The notes: a model not told the origin generated them from the letters alone. A stretch of DNA of 56,573 nucleotides from Planctomycetota bacterium (GCA_965655435.1 CBFHHK010000003.1:1-56573); one strand, 5' to 3'; shown: positions 40,003 to 51,473, counted from the stretch's first letter. Numbers and translations: made by a program.

Positions 40003-42693
40003 TCAGCGTGCAAGCCGGCGGAGCACGTAGTTCAGGATCCCGCCGTTGCGGTAGTAATCCGCCTCGGCGGGGGTGTCGATGCGCACCACGGCCTTGAAGC
40101 AAACCGAGGAGCCATCCGCCCGGGTGGCGACGACGTCGACCGTCCCACCGGTCGGTGAGTCCTCGGCCTGGAAGCGCGCCGCGAGGCCCACCAGGTCGTA
40201 GGTCTCGGACCCGTCGAGCCCCAGGCTGTCGGCGCTCTGGCCGCGCTCGAACTGGAGGGGAAGGATGCCCATGCCGACCAGGTTCGACCGGTGGATCCGC
40301 TCGAAGCTCTCGACCACCACCGCGCGCACTCCCTGGAGCGCTGGTCCCTTCGCGGCCCAATCCCTGGACGACCCCATGCCGTACTCCTTGCCGCCGAGGA
40401 CGATGCTCGGGACGCCCGCGGAGCGGTACTCCACGGCCGCGTCGTAGATGGGCATCTGCTCCCCGGACGGGAAGTGAACGGTCACGCCCCCCTCGACCCC
40501 GGGGACCATGCGGTTCTTGATACGAACGTTGCCGAACGTGCCGCGCATCATCACCTCGTGGTTGCCGCGACGGGAGCCGAAGGAGTTGAAGTCCTGCTTG
40601 TCCACGCCGAGCGAGCGCAGGTAGCGGCCCGCCGGGCTGTCGGTCGGGATCGTCCCGGCCGGCGAGATGTGGTCCGTCGTGAGGTTATCGCCAAACAGGC
40701 CGAGGACCCGCGCGCCCTCGATGTCCTCCACCGGACCGGGCTCCAGCCCCATCCCCTCGAAGTACGGAGGCAGACGCACGTAGGTGCTGTCGCTCTGCCA
40801 GTCGAAGGTGCTCGACGGGGCCGCCTCGATGGCCCGCCACTCCTCGGTGCCGTCGAACACGCCGGCGTAGCCCTCCGCGAACATCTCACGCGTCACGGAG
40901 CCTCCGACGACCTCCTGGATCTCGGCGTTGGTGGGCCAGATGTCACGGAGGTACACGTCCGAGCCGTCATCGGCGACGCCGATCCGCTCCTCCACGAGGT
41001 CGATGTTCACGTCCCCCGCGAGGGCGTAGGCCACGACCAGTGGCGGAGAGGCGAGGTAGTTGGCGCGCGTCTTCGCGTGGACGCGGCCCTCGAAGTTCCG
41101 GTTGCCGGAGAGCACCGAGGCGGACACGAGGTCCCCGGAGTCGATGGCGTCCACGATCTCCGCGGCGAGGGGGCCTGAGTTCCCGATGCAGGTGGTGCAC
41201 CCGAACCCGACCACGTCGAAGCCCAGCGCGTTGAGGTAAGGCGTCAGCCCGCCCGCGTCGAGGTAGTCGGTGACCACCTTCGAGCCCGGCGCCAGGCTCG
41301 TCTTGACCCAGGGCTTGGTGCGCAGCCCCTTCAGGGACGCCTTCCTGGCCACGAGCCCCGCCGCGACCATCACCGAGGGGTTGGAGGTGTTTGTGCAGGA
41401 GGTGATCGCCGCGATGACCACCGAGCCGTTCTTCAGCTCGAACGTCTCGTCGTCCATGGTGACCGGGACGCGGTGGTCATGATCCTCAGCTCCGGCGCCA
41501 GCGAGGATCTCCGCGCGGTCCCCCTGGAATTGGGTGCTGAGGTCGGCCAGGGAGACGCGGTCCTGCGGCCGCTTGGGGCCGGCGAGGCTCGGGACCACCG
41601 CCCCCATGTCGAGCTCGAGCAAGTCGGTGTAGTCCGCGGTCGGAGTGTCCGCGGTGTGGAACATCATCTGCTCCCGCATGTAGGCCTCGGTGAGCTCGAC
41701 CTGCTCCTCCGGGCGGCCGGAGAGGCGCATGTAGGCCAAGGTCTCCCGGTCGACCGGGAAGAGGCCGCAGGTGGCGCCGTACTCCGGCGCCATGTTGGCG
41801 ATGGTCGCGCGGTCGGCGAGGGAGAGGTGCTGGAGGCCCGGACCGGTGAACTCGACGAACTTGCCCACGACGCCGTGAGCGCGGAGCATCTCGGTCACCC
41901 GGAGGACGAGGTCCGTGGCCGTGGCGCCCTCGGGCATCTCACCCGAGAGGCGGACCCCCACGACCTGGGGGATCAGCATGGACACCGGCTGCCCCAGCAT
42001 GGCCGCCTCGGCCTCGATACCGCCGACGCCCCACCCGAGGACGCCGAGCCCGTTGATCATCGTGGTGTGCGAGTCGGTGCCGACCAGCGTGTCCGGGAAG
42101 GCGTACCCGCTCTCGCCCGCCATGACGACCCGCGCCAGGTACTCCAGGTTGACCTGGTGGCAGATGCCCATCCCCGGCGGCACCACGGCGAAGTTGTCGA
42201 AGGCCCCCTGGCCCCACTTGAGGAACGCATAGCGCTCGCCGTTGCGCTCGTACTCGCGCTCCAGGTTCTGCCCCAGCGCTCCGGGCGAGCCGAAGGCGTC
42301 CACCTGGACCGAGTGGTCGATGACGAGCTCGGCAGGTTGGAGCGGGTTGATCCTGGACGGGTCGCCGCCCAGCGCCTCCATGGCGTCGCGCATGGCCGCG
42401 AGGTCCACCACCGCCGGCACGCCGGTGAAGTCCTGCATGAGCACCCGGGCGGGGCGGAAGGCGATCTCGACCGAGGGCGCCGCCGCCGGGTCCCAGCTGG
42501 CGACCGCCTCGATATCCGCGGCGGTCACGCTCACGCCGTCCTCGTGCCGCAGGAGGTTCTCGAGCAGGATGCGGAGCGCGAAGGGCAGCCGGGAGACGTC
42601 GTGACCGTGCTCCTGAAGCGCCGTGAGCCGCGCGATCTTGTGGCTCGCGCCGCCGACTTCAAAGGAACCGCGGGACCGGAAGGTGTCTTGCAT
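40003..42693 (-). CDS. acnA: Aconitate hydratase A
   Basis: [59 protein letters not shown]. Confidence 0.97.
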   Translation of the reverse strand: MQDTFRSRGSFEVGGASHKIARLTALQEHGHDVSRLPFALRILLENLLRHEDGVSVTAADIEAVASWDPAAAPSVEIAFRPARVLMQDFTGVPAVVDLAAMRDAMEALGGDPSRINPLQPAELVIDHSVQVDAFGSPGALGQNLEREYERNGERYAFLKWGQGAFDNFAVVPPGMGICHQVNLEYLARVVMAGESGYAFPDTLVGTDSHTTMINGLGVLGWGVGGIEAEAAMLGQPVSMLIPQVVGVRLSGEMPEGATATDLVLRVTEMLRAHGVVGKFVEFTGPGLQHLSLADRATIANMAPEYGATCGLFPVDRETLAYMRLSGRPEEQVELTEAYMREQMMFHTADTPTADYTDLLELDMGAVVPSLAGPKRPQDRVSLADLSTQFQGDRAEILAGAGAEDHDHRVPVTMDDETFELKNGSVVIAAITSCTNTSNPSVMVAAGLVARKASLKGLRTKPWVKTSLAPGSKVVTDYLDAGGLTPYLNALGFDVVGFGCTTCIGNSGPLAAEIVDAIDSGDLVSASVLSGNRNFEGRVHAKTRANYLASPPLVVAYALAGDVNIDLVEERIGVADDGSDVYLRDIWPTNAEIQEVVGGSVTREMFAEGYAGVFDGTEEWRAIEAAPSSTFDWQSDSTYVRLPPYFEGMGLEPGPVEDIEGARVLGLFGDNLTTDHISPAGTIPTDSPAGRYLRSLGVDKQDFNSFGSRRGNHEVMMRGTFGNVRIKNRMVPGVEGGVTVHFPSGEQMPIYDAAVEYRSAGVPSIVLGGKEYGMGSSRDWAAKGPALQGVRAVVVESFERIHRSNLVGMGILPLQFERGQSADSLGLDGSETYDLVGLAARFQAEDSPTGGTVDVVATRADGSSVCFKAVVRIDTPAEADYYRNGGILNYVLRRLAR

Positions 42694-42785
42694 CGAGGTC
42701 GAGGACGGCGCGCGGGGGGCGGGGCGGGGACCGCGGCCGATTTTCGGAACCTCAGGCTATCCGCGCCCCTACCGCCGCGCAGCCC

Positions 42786-45700
42786 TCAGCGGGGCTGAAG
42801 CGGCTCCACGTCGAGGCGCATGGTGGGCGGGACGACCTGCCCCTCCCCCACGAGGTGGAAGAACCGCGGCCCGACCCGGAGGCCACCCGGCTGCCGCCCG
42901 AGGGGATCCCGGGGGACGTCGATGGCCACGCCCGCGAGGACGCCCCGATCCACGTGATAGAGGCCCAGGTTGGTGCCCCGGAGCAGGCACTCGCGCGCGA
43001 CGAGGTGCCCCGCGCGGGGGGCCTGGATGAGCGTCCGGGCCCCGGCATCGAGCACGCTCCGGTCCATGGTGTTCTCGCTCTCGTCCGACAGGTAGATGGA
43101 CCCGGCGTTCAGGTAGGACGAGCGGACGCTCAGCCTGCACCGCCCGAGCTCGCGGATCGCCCACTGCGGCGCCTTGCCCATGGCGGGGACGCCCTCCAGG
43201 CGCGACTCCGTCATCTCCATGTCGCTGTGCTGGAGGAAGACCACCGTGCCCGCGCTCCCGACCTTGGACCGCAGCAGGACCAGGTGCCCGCCCTCGAGCA
43301 CGTTGAGCGCCGTGGACGCCGCGCTGATCAGCGTGAGGTCCTGGAGGACCACGTCCCTGGCCCCGCGGACCAGCAGCGCGGCTCGCACCTCCACCTTCGC
43401 CCCCGGCGCCGAGGGCATCAACCGCACGCCCGAGGCGAGGATCTCCAGGGTCCGGGCGGGCGCCCCGGAGGCGTCCTCGTAGATCCCCGGCGGGAGCAGG
43501 ATGTCCACGCCTTCCACGGGCTCTCCGGGCGCCCTCCGCGCCGCGCGGTCTGCCGCCTCCCCCAGCGCCACCTCGAGGAGCTCCAGGCTCGGCGTCTCGA
43601 TCAAGACCGAGCGCCGGAGACTCGCCTCCCGGGAGGGCGAGGCCAGGCGCCGGTCGGAGACCTCTCGGCGCGCCAACAGCTCGACGGCCTCGCCGCCCAC
43701 CAGCCCTGCGGCGGCCTCGAGAAGAGGGCGCGGGTCGTCGGCGGCGCGGGCCCGCTCGACGAGGCGCAGGCAGAGCTCTGCGGTGCGCGCGTCGTAGTCG
43801 AAGAGCCGCGCGTCACTCTCGCCGCCCCATCGCCCGGAGGTCCCGTCCGCGGACCGAAGCCAGTAGAGCAGCTGCGCGAGGGGCGGCCCGAAGTCGAGGT
43901 CTGCCAGCTCGGGCCGGCTCTCCAGCTGCCAGGCCAATTCCTCGGCGGCGCCGGGCAGGTCCGTCCAGCTCGCCCCGGGGAGCGGGCTGTCGTCGGGCAC
44001 GGCGGTGCCGTCCGGCAGGAACGCCGACCGCTCCGCCTCGAAGGACCCCATGGACGGCACCACCCCGAGCGTCGCCGCGAACCCCGCGACCTTGCGGGCG
44101 CCGGGGTCAGGCTCCGTCTGAGCCACCGCCCTGGCCCACACCCGGGCCACCTCGCAGTCATCTCGCAGGTCGCCGGGGGTCGCCTCCCCACGGAGCACAC
44201 CGCGCTCGGCACGGTCGATGAAGCGGAGGAGCCCATGGAGCCGCTCGCCAGGGCCCTCGAAGCGCAGCTCCGGCTCCAGCCGGTCGAACAGCGCGACACG
44301 CTCGGCGTCGGAGAGCTCGCGCAGGCGCGGGGCTTCCACGGCAAGCTCCAGGGCCCGCCTCCTGAAGCGGCGGACGAGGCCCGCGCCGCTGCCATCCGCG
44401 CTCTCGATCGCCTCGAGAATGGACTGAGCCGCCAGGGCCCGCGGAGAGCGAGGCCCCCTGGCGAGCTCCATCAGAGGACCCCTCGCGTCGTCACCGAGGG
44501 CCAGGAGGACGCCGCGCGACTCGAGCCGCCGCTGGAAGTCCTCGGCGTCGACGCCAGCGAGCGCCTCGTCCAGGAGCGCGCGTCGACGACTCCTGTCGGG
44601 CCCGGCGCCATCCAACCCAGCCGACAGCAGATCCAGGGGACCCGAGGGGTGAGAGAGTCCGCCGGAGCGCAGCCTGTGCCGGAAGCGAAGCCGGACGATG
44701 GAGGACGGCCCGTCGAAGAGTCCGGAGAGCACCATGGCGCGGGACCCCGCCGCCGACTCCGTGAGGATCGACCAGTCGCCCTGGCCGAAGAGGACCTCCC
44801 GCTCGGCCACGAGGATCACGCGCCCAGGGTCCACCCCCGCGCCGCGGTCGAGGTCGGGGAAGCGCAGCTCGACGTCACCCGCCCCCGTGCGCTGAACCTC
44901 GGGAGACCCGCTGGGAGAGCGAGGTAAGAGGCGACCTCCGCCCATCGCGAGCTGCCGACGCAGCCGACAGACCGACCCGCGGTCGGCCTCGATGGACAGC
45001 CGCCCCAGGGTCCCGTCGGGCAGCCGGAACTGGAGCTCACTGCCCGGCGCGACCATCGCCGTCCGACCCGCGACGTGGCGACGATCCGTCCCCGGGGTCA
45101 GCCACCAGCTCCCGTTCTGGACGAGGGAGCTCTTCTGCTCGAGCGCGAAGCGGACGCCGTCGATGGGCTTGAAGGCGAAGGAGCCAGTGGCTCCGCTGAG
45201 GACCTCGATGTGCGCCACGTCATCAGGCCCAACCAGGCGCCCCGACACGAGGTCCACGCGGCCGCCGGTGTCCACACCCAGCGCCCACTCCCCGGGTGTC
45301 TCCACGCGCGCCGCTTGGATCACGCGACCGAGAACCCCAGGGGGGACGCGGCCGTCTCCGTCGCAGCGAGCGACCTCGTAGTGGTAGATCTCGCCCCAAG
45401 GAGCGTCCTCCTCGGTGAACTCGCCCCCACGGACGATCGCGAGCGTCTTCCACTCTGCCGCCGGGGACGAGGGCTGAGGCGCCTTCTTCACTCCGTCCTT
45501 TGCCCAGCCGGCAGGGTCCCCGGCCCCACGGACGGGGTCCCCGGCCGTCAGCCGCCGGCGCACCCGGTAGGTGGCGTCCGTGTCCGCGCTCGGGCGATCC
45601 CAGCGGAGTCGAAAGACACCGCCCGTCGAGCTCACCCGCAGCCCCGCCGGCGAGCGGCGGAGGCTCGGGACGGTCTCCGGCACGCTTGCCACCTCGAGGT

Positions 45701-46223
45701 GCACGCGGTCGACGGCGACGTCGAGGACCCGCAGGTAGCACCAGAAGTCGCCCTCCGCGGGCTCGACGAGGAACTCCGCGCCGACCTCGAGGCGAGGGTC
45801 ACTCGCGGCCTCCGTGGTCGCCGACGCCCTGACGACGCGCTCCAGCGGGGTGAACGTCTCGCTCGACGCCAGGCGGGTCAGGACGTGCGGGCCGTCGAAG
45901 CGGAGGCCCGTGGTCCCCTGGATCGGGTCGGGGGTCGTGGTCTTGATGGGCGCCAGAGACAGCGTCGGGCCGGTGAGGCCCTTGCCCGCGGGCGAGGTTC
46001 GAGCGGTCCTCAGGTCAAGGAGGTCGGCGAGCCCGAGCTCCACGTGCGCGGCCCAGGCCCCCTTGACCGTCGGAGAGGGGGACGCCTGCGAGGGGTCCCC
46101 CTGGGGGCTGGAGGCCGGGCTCCAGGGGCGGGCCCCCTGGGCCGAGACGGGCCATGCTGCGACCGCCAGGACGAGGGACGCCTTCGCGATCCCGCTCCAC
46201 CACCTTCCAAGGACCATTCCCAT
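42786..46223 (-). CDS. Large secreted hypothetical protein (FnIII-like, HEAT-like and C-terminal beta-helix-like regions)
   Basis: Signal peptide; LRWD..YRV..Y.YEV (FnIII-like); DAEDFQRR..LLALG (HEAT-like); ILLPPGIY followed by beta-helix-like repeats. Confidence 0.7.
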   Translation of the reverse strand: MGMVLGRWWSGIAKASLVLAVAAWPVSAQGARPWSPASSPQGDPSQASPSPTVKGAWAAHVELGLADLLDLRTARTSPAGKGLTGPTLSLAPIKTTTPDPIQGTTGLRFDGPHVLTRLASSETFTPLERVVRASATTEAASDPRLEVGAEFLVEPAEGDFWCYLRVLDVAVDRVHLEVASVPETVPSLRRSPAGLRVSSTGGVFRLRWDRPSADTDATYRVRRRLTAGDPVRGAGDPAGWAKDGVKKAPQPSSPAAEWKTLAIVRGGEFTEEDAPWGEIYHYEVARCDGDGRVPPGVLGRVIQAARVETPGEWALGVDTGGRVDLVSGRLVGPDDVAHIEVLSGATGSFAFKPIDGVRFALEQKSSLVQNGSWWLTPGTDRRHVAGRTAMVAPGSELQFRLPDGTLGRLSIEADRGSVCRLRRQLAMGGGRLLPRSPSGSPEVQRTGAGDVELRFPDLDRGAGVDPGRVILVAEREVLFGQGDWSILTESAAGSRAMVLSGLFDGPSSIVRLRFRHRLRSGGLSHPSGPLDLLSAGLDGAGPDRSRRRALLDEALAGVDAEDFQRRLESRGVLLALGDDARGPLMELARGPRSPRALAAQSILEAIESADGSGAGLVRRFRRRALELAVEAPRLRELSDAERVALFDRLEPELRFEGPGERLHGLLRFIDRAERGVLRGEATPGDLRDDCEVARVWARAVAQTEPDPGARKVAGFAATLGVVPSMGSFEAERSAFLPDGTAVPDDSPLPGASWTDLPGAAEELAWQLESRPELADLDFGPPLAQLLYWLRSADGTSGRWGGESDARLFDYDARTAELCLRLVERARAADDPRPLLEAAAGLVGGEAVELLARREVSDRRLASPSREASLRRSVLIETPSLELLEVALGEAADRAARRAPGEPVEGVDILLPPGIYEDASGAPARTLEILASGVRLMPSAPGAKVEVRAALLVRGARDVVLQDLTLISAASTALNVLEGGHLVLLRSKVGSAGTVVFLQHSDMEMTESRLEGVPAMGKAPQWAIRELGRCRLSVRSSYLNAGSIYLSDESENTMDRSVLDAGARTLIQAPRAGHLVARECLLRGTNLGLYHVDRGVLAGVAIDVPRDPLGRQPGGLRVGPRFFHLVGEGQVVPPTMRLDVEPLQPR

Positions 46224-46373
46224 CCCTGGAGAATAGCCCGTCCAGGGCCCAGCGGTCGGGGTCTGTCCGCCCGCGACCGCCCCTGCGGTCCCTTGAAGCG
46301 CAGAGCGGCACAGAGAACCGGCATTTGAGGACTGGCGTCGATCGCCCCGGTCCGTATCATCCCCGGCTCGAAA

Positions 46374-46449
46374 GGGGACGTAGCTCAGTTGGTAGAGTGT
46401 CGCGTTCGCAATGCGAAGGTCAGGGGTTCGACTCCCCTCGTCTCCACCA
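46374..46449 (+). tRNA. tRNA-Ala (anticodon CGC)
   Basis: Cloverleaf, acceptor GGGGACG/CGTCTCC with G3.U70, anticodon loop TT-CGC-AA, TTCGA T-loop, encoded CCA. Confidence 0.97.
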
Positions 46450-46456
46450 GTTCAAG

Positions 46457-46495
46457 GGACCCCGCGGTGACTCGTCATCGCGGGGTCCTTCATTT
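46457..46495 (+). terminator. Hairpin terminator after tRNA-Ala
   Basis: GGGACCCCGCGGTGAC-TC-GTCATCGCGGGGTCCT followed by TCATTT. Confidence 0.65.
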
Positions 46496-46534
46496 CCAGC
46501 CTCGGCGGACGCACCGGGCCCGCGCGTCCATCGG

Positions 46535-46612
46535 CCCTGCTGGGCCGACCTGCTGGGCCAACCCTGCTGGGCCGACCCTGCTGGGCCGACCCTGCTGGGC
46601 CGACCCTGCTGG
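46535..46612. repeat. 14-bp tandem repeat x5.5 (CCCTGCTGGGCCGA)
   Basis: Read directly; one 13-bp variant; no spacers. Confidence 0.9.
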
Positions 46613-46772
46613 TAGGGCGCCGCGGGATCAACGCCGCGGGATAGGCTCCACGGGCCCGGTCATCCAGCGAGCCCACGGGGGTCCGGCCGTTCCGAGGGCC
46701 CGGCGCTCCGGGCGAGATGGGAGCCGGCCTGGGCGCCGCGACCTGCCCGTGAGGCGGCCTCTCCCCCAGGGC

Positions 46773-48005
46773 TCAGCGCCGGCCGCGGCCGCCCCGCCGC
46801 CGCCCACGTCGGCGGGCAGGGATCACTCCCCTCGAGGCGTCGTCCTTGAAGCGACGGACCACCTCGACGATCTCGTCAGCGAACCACTCCAGCTGCCACG
46901 GCTCGAGCAGCTCCAACGCCTCCACCGCCTCCCGGTCCGCGGGCGCCGCCGCAGCGAGGTGCTGGAGGGTGCTCCGGTGAAGGAGGTAGGACGACTCGAT
47001 CTGCCGCTCGGTCGAGACGTCCCGACGCAACCGCTTCAGGCGCTCATGGAGCTCGACCCCGAGCTCGTCCAGGTCCACTTGCTCCCCCCGACGCGGCGTC
47101 GCGGGCAGGCGCTCGATCGGCCCGTTGCGCTCCGCGCGATCGAGCGCCCGCTCGAGCCGGTCGCCGAGCCGCGTCAACACGCGGCTCGTGATCCCCTCCA
47201 CGCGCAGCAGCTCCCGCTCGGAGCGCGGCCGGCGCTCTGCCAGCTGGATCAGCGACTTGTTCCCGAGGATCCGGAACGGGGGGCTGTCGTGCTTCTCGGC
47301 GAGCTTGTCTCGCATGATGAACAGCTCACGCAGCGCGCTCGCGCCCATCGGGTCCAGCGTCCGGGCGCCCTTGATCTTGACGAAGTCATCGGGGTTGGAC
47401 TCGGCCGGCGGCGCCTCGAGGCTCTCGAGACGCCGACACTCCGAGTCCACGATCATCATCCTCCCGCGCTCCTCGAGGGCCGCTCGCTGGCGATCCATGA
47501 GGGGGAGAAGAAAACGTGTGTCGAGGCGCGCATAGGCGATCTGCTTGGAACTCAGCGGACGCTGGGCCCAGTTGGAGCGCTGCTGCGACTTGTCGAGGCG
47601 AACGCCGAACTCACCCTCGAGCACGGACGCGAGGCCCGGGGTCTGGCTGCCGAGGACGGCCGCGGCCACGCGCGTGTCGAAGAGCGCCTCGAAGCGGAAC
47701 CCGTACTCGCGGCCGAGGATGAGCACGTCGTACTCGGCGTCGTGGAAGATCTTGACCGTGTCCGGGTCCTCGAAGACGGGCGCGAACCTCCCGAGGTCCA
47801 GGTCGGCGAAGGGGTCCACCAGCCAGTCCTCGCCCCCGGCGGTGACCTGGATCAGGCAGACCTTGTCCCGGTAGCTGAAGAAGGAGTCCGCCTCCGTATC
47901 CACTGCGATGGCGTCGTCCCCATCGATCGCGTCCAGGAGGCGGCTAAATTCGGCCTCCGTCTGCACCAGCGTGGGAGGGGGGAGGTCTTCGATCCGCTGG
48001 TCCAT
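46773..48005 (-). CDS. rnd: Ribonuclease D (3'-5' exonuclease + HRDC)
   Basis: AVDTEA, LIQV, FHDAEYD, FDT, LDKSQQRSNW..RPL, YA.LD; HRDC PPFRIL. ATG at 48005 inferred. Confidence 0.9.
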   Translation of the reverse strand: MDQRIEDLPPPTLVQTEAEFSRLLDAIDGDDAIAVDTEADSFFSYRDKVCLIQVTAGGEDWLVDPFADLDLGRFAPVFEDPDTVKIFHDAEYDVLILGREYGFRFEALFDTRVAAAVLGSQTPGLASVLEGEFGVRLDKSQQRSNWAQRPLSSKQIAYARLDTRFLLPLMDRQRAALEERGRMMIVDSECRRLESLEAPPAESNPDDFVKIKGARTLDPMGASALRELFIMRDKLAEKHDSPPFRILGNKSLIQLAERRPRSERELLRVEGITSRVLTRLGDRLERALDRAERNGPIERLPATPRRGEQVDLDELGVELHERLKRLRRDVSTERQIESSYLLHRSTLQHLAAAAPADREAVEALELLEPWQLEWFADEIVEVVRRFKDDASRGVIPARRRGRRRGGRGRR

Positions 48006-48366
48006 GGGCGGACCATACGACTTCGCCCCCCCCCCATGCGAGCCCCGCAAGGCCGGGGCGTGGTCAGGACCGAAAGGTCGCGTGACCGACGCGGCCATGG
48101 CCCACCTGGAGAGGGTCCCCGCCAGGGACTTTCACCCGGCGGCGGGACCGGGGCGCCCGCGCGGAGACGGCCCGAGGCGCCGTCCAGGAACCGCAGGGGG
48201 CACGGCGGCGCTGCATCGGGACCTCGGTCCAGCGGAGGTCCCGCGAGACAGCGGATCGCTGGCGGCGCAGCCCGGCGCGGGACCCAACGAAAGCCGCCCC
48301 GCGGTCCACTGGACAGTCGGGGCGGGACTCGGACCTCTCCGCGGCGTGGAGAGGTGAAGGGCGGGA

Positions 48367-48443
48367 TGGCGAGGATGACGGGACTTGAACCCGCAACCTC
48401 CGGCGTGACAGGCCGGCACTCTAACCAATTGAGCTACATCCCC
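48367..48443 (-). tRNA. tRNA-Asp (anticodon GTC)
   Basis: Reverse complement GGGGATGTAGCTCAATTGGTTAGAGTGCCGGCCTGTCACGCCGGAGGTTGCGGGTTCAAGTCCCGTCATCCTCGCCA forms a 77-nt cloverleaf with CCA. Confidence 0.97.
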
Positions 48444-48536
48444 GCTTGTGGCGCGAAGAATAGCGACTGGGGCGATGGTGTCCAGCCCTTCGCGAAACTT
48501 CTCACCGTCCCCTGGCCGCGGCGCCCCTGCGGTGCC

Positions 48537-51473
48537 TCACTTCTCGCTGTCCGGGACCCTCAGATCCACGTCCAGCACCGCCCCCTCCCCTGGCGACGCC
48601 GGGCGCAGGGTCGCCCGGGACCAGGGCCAGGGAGCCAGGCCCTCCCGACCGGGAAGGGCCGCCCGGACCGTGTAGCTCGCCCCCGCGTCGAAGACCGGGA
48701 GCCGAACCGGGCCGGCCGAGGCCAGCCGCGTGTAGAGGACCTCGGGGTCTTCCCCCTCCCGTACCACCTGGAGCACGGTGGGAGCCGTCAGGCGCAGCTC
48801 GGGCAGCCAGCCCTGGGGAGCCCGGCCATCGGCCTCCGACAGGTTGAAGCGCACGGGCCAGCCGACGTAGGGCCGCGCCCCATCCCGCTCCGGGTCCACA
48901 TGACGCGGCCACGCCTCCAGCTGGACGGTCGCCGCGCTGCGGTCCACCCTCGCGATCCCGTACCCCGGGGCACGGTCATGGAGGCGTGCGGGCTCGACGC
49001 CCTCCGAACGGGGATTGGCGACGGCCAGCACGGTCATGCGGTTGCCGAAGCCATCGAAGAAGCGCCCGGTGTAGCCCGGGCCACCGGGATCCGCGGTGCC
49101 GCCAGGCTCCCGCTGCGTCGGGTCCGGGAACCAGCGGCGCGGCCAGGTGTTGGCCACCGCCGGGGACGAGAGGACGAACCCCGCGTCGTCGAAGTCATCC
49201 ACCCCGTAACGCAGGGTCGACCCCAGGTGCTGATCTCCGGTGAGGTGGAAGGCCCCCGCCGCGCGCAGCAGCCCCACCGCGGCGTCACGCCCCGTTTGCG
49301 GCCAGCCGTTGGAGTCCATGTCCGCGGCCCGCTTGTCCCCGGGGACGTACTCGCCGGGCGCGGGGACCTTGAGCGAGGGGATCACGCTGCCTGAGTTCGC
49401 GGACTCCGGGATGGTGGCGACGTTGGCGAAGGGGGTCTGCGAGAGGCAGGCCTTGAACCAGGTCCCCGACGGCCACGAAGAGCCCCACTCCTCCAGCATC
49501 CCGAGCTGTGACGCCCCGAGCAGGACCGCTCCGTCCACGTCCGCCTCTGCGGCCGGGTCGAAGTCCGGATCCAGGGCCCAGCCGTTGCGGACGCGGCCCT
49601 CCGTGATGACCACCGCGGGCGGCGACTTGTACATCCGGTCCGCGAGCACCGCGAAGCTCCCTCCACCCCAGTTCAGGGTCGTGTGGTACGTGGTGATCCC
49701 CCCCTCGAGCGTCGCCTCCCCGCGCGGCGGCGGCAGGTGCTCCACCTGGGTCCGGTGCACGGCGTTCACGAACTCCGGCGGCATCTTGTAGCCCCCACGA
49801 TCCTGGACCGTGAGGTCGCCGGGGTTCGGCTCGCGCACCCCGGCGTTGCCCCACACGTTCCCGTGGTACACGTCGTGATCGTCCGGCACGACGACGGACG
49901 GTAGGCGGCGCGTCAGCTCGCCGAAGGACCACCCGTGGCGATACCACTTGTGGAGGTAGTCGAGCAGCGCGTCCTCGACCGGCCGTGTGATCGCCGGCGT
50001 GAGGTCGCCCTCGTAGATCTGGTCCCCCGCGAAGTAGAGCAGGTGCGGCTCGTGCGCCGCCACGTGCTGAGCGACCTCCGCGTGCGGGAACCAGAGCCCG
50101 CGCTCGTTCCAGCGCAGGTCACCGGTGAACGACTTCTGACAGTTCACCACCGCGATGGTCATCGCGTCTTCGGCGGGCCGAGCGGCGATCACCCCTGCGT
50201 AGAGTGCCTCAGCCGCCGGGTACGGCGCCGCCTCACCCGCAGCGTCGATGCGGCGCGGGGTGTAGCGCACCCGGAAGGCTGTGTCGCGGGTGGCGTCGAC
50301 CCCGTCCACGGCGAAGTGGAACGTCGCGCTCCCCCGCACGAAGGAGGCCGTCGCCACCCGCGTGAACTCTCCCCCGTCGTCCGCGAGCTCCAGGCTCGCC
50401 ACCAGGGTGTCCTCGGCCCCAAGCGGGACCGACTGCGCCGTCAGCTCGAGGCGGGCATCGGTCGGCCCCCCCGTCTCGTCGAGGGCGTAGTGCACGAACG
50501 CGATCGGGCCGAAGCCGCGGGTCGCGTCCGCCCCCACCAGCTCGCCGTCCAGGGACCAGTCCTCGAAGCGGTAGCCGCGCTCCGACCCCGCGGGCCCCCG
50601 GTGCGAGACCAGCGCCACCCCGCCGTCGAAGAGCCCCTCTGGGGCGTCGTCCCAGCTCGCGGTCGAGAGGACCGCGCCGGACCCAGCCTCGCGGACCGCC
50701 GCCGTCACCGTGCGCCGCCCATCGAACGACGCGCCGGTCACCTCGAGCTCGACCGGCCGCGGCCCCCCGGCGGCGAAGCCCTCGCCCTCGTAGCGCACCC
50801 CCTCCACGGCGGCCAGCGCAGGCAGCCCGTGGTTGGACTTCATGGACCATAGCCCGCCGCCCTCCACTGGCTGCTCGAAGTCGATCACCGAGAGGCGCCC
50901 GTCTCCGTCCACCAGCAGCAGGTACCCGCCGTCCTCGGCCGGGCTGCCATGAACCTGCGAGGTGAGCCGGTAGTCCACGCCCCTGCTGCCCGCCCCCAGC
51001 AGGAAGCCCGCGGCGCTCTCTGCCCGATCGCCGGCTTCCGCGCTGATCCGTACCGTCGCCCTGAAGGACCCCTCGGGCCCCGCCTCCAGCCAGTGGGTGA
51101 GGAGGTGGAGCGTCCGGATGCCGAACCGCGGCCGGGCCTCGAGGCAGACAGCCCCGCCGGACTCGAGCTGCCAGTCCTGGAGCCGGTTGGCCCAGTGGTC
51201 TCGCCCGATCCAGACGCGGTCGGGGTGCTCCGCCCAGTCGCTCTGGAAGGTGTTCCGCTCCGGGGGGGCCTCGACGCCGACGAGCTGACAGGCGCCGAGC
51301 GCCATGGGGAGCACGAGGGGGAGCCCTCGGAAGAAGGCTCCGGGCCTGGCCCGCCTGGGGATGGCCTCCCCAGGGATGGCCCCCTGAGGGGTGGTGCCCT
51401 GAAGGGCCGTCCGCTGAGCAGCGGCGCGCTGAGGGGATCGTGAGGAGAGGGCGCGGAGGAGGGATCGCTTCAT
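48537..51473 (-). CDS. PhoD-like (alkaline phosphatase D) metallophosphoesterase, probable lipoprotein
   Basis: GDQIYEGD, PDDHDVYHGN, DSNGWP, GDQH; lipobox-like LGAC. Start uncertain; N-terminus contains degenerate 15-bp repeats. Confidence 0.8.
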   Translation of the reverse strand: MKRSLLRALSSRSPQRAAAQRTALQGTTPQGAIPGEAIPRRARPGAFFRGLPLVLPMALGACQLVGVEAPPERNTFQSDWAEHPDRVWIGRDHWANRLQDWQLESGGAVCLEARPRFGIRTLHLLTHWLEAGPEGSFRATVRISAEAGDRAESAAGFLLGAGSRGVDYRLTSQVHGSPAEDGGYLLLVDGDGRLSVIDFEQPVEGGGLWSMKSNHGLPALAAVEGVRYEGEGFAAGGPRPVELEVTGASFDGRRTVTAAVREAGSGAVLSTASWDDAPEGLFDGGVALVSHRGPAGSERGYRFEDWSLDGELVGADATRGFGPIAFVHYALDETGGPTDARLELTAQSVPLGAEDTLVASLELADDGGEFTRVATASFVRGSATFHFAVDGVDATRDTAFRVRYTPRRIDAAGEAAPYPAAEALYAGVIAARPAEDAMTIAVVNCQKSFTGDLRWNERGLWFPHAEVAQHVAAHEPHLLYFAGDQIYEGDLTPAITRPVEDALLDYLHKWYRHGWSFGELTRRLPSVVVPDDHDVYHGNVWGNAGVREPNPGDLTVQDRGGYKMPPEFVNAVHRTQVEHLPPPRGEATLEGGITTYHTTLNWGGGSFAVLADRMYKSPPAVVITEGRVRNGWALDPDFDPAAEADVDGAVLLGASQLGMLEEWGSSWPSGTWFKACLSQTPFANVATIPESANSGSVIPSLKVPAPGEYVPGDKRAADMDSNGWPQTGRDAAVGLLRAAGAFHLTGDQHLGSTLRYGVDDFDDAGFVLSSPAVANTWPRRWFPDPTQREPGGTADPGGPGYTGRFFDGFGNRMTVLAVANPRSEGVEPARLHDRAPGYGIARVDRSAATVQLEAWPRHVDPERDGARPYVGWPVRFNLSEADGRAPQGWLPELRLTAPTVLQVVREGEDPEVLYTRLASAGPVRLPVFDAGASYTVRAALPGREGLAPWPWSRATLRPASPGEGAVLDVDLRVPDSEK

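Noticed and set aside
46374-48443. tRNA genes as integration sites of a genomic island
   Set aside because: No integrase, no duplicated tRNA 3' end seen, and the gene between them (rnd) is housekeeping.
46389-49394. 1001-aa + strand ORF
   Set aside because: Runs across both tRNAs and antisense to rnd and the PhoD gene; Arg/Pro/Gly-rich shadow ORF typical of high-GC DNA.
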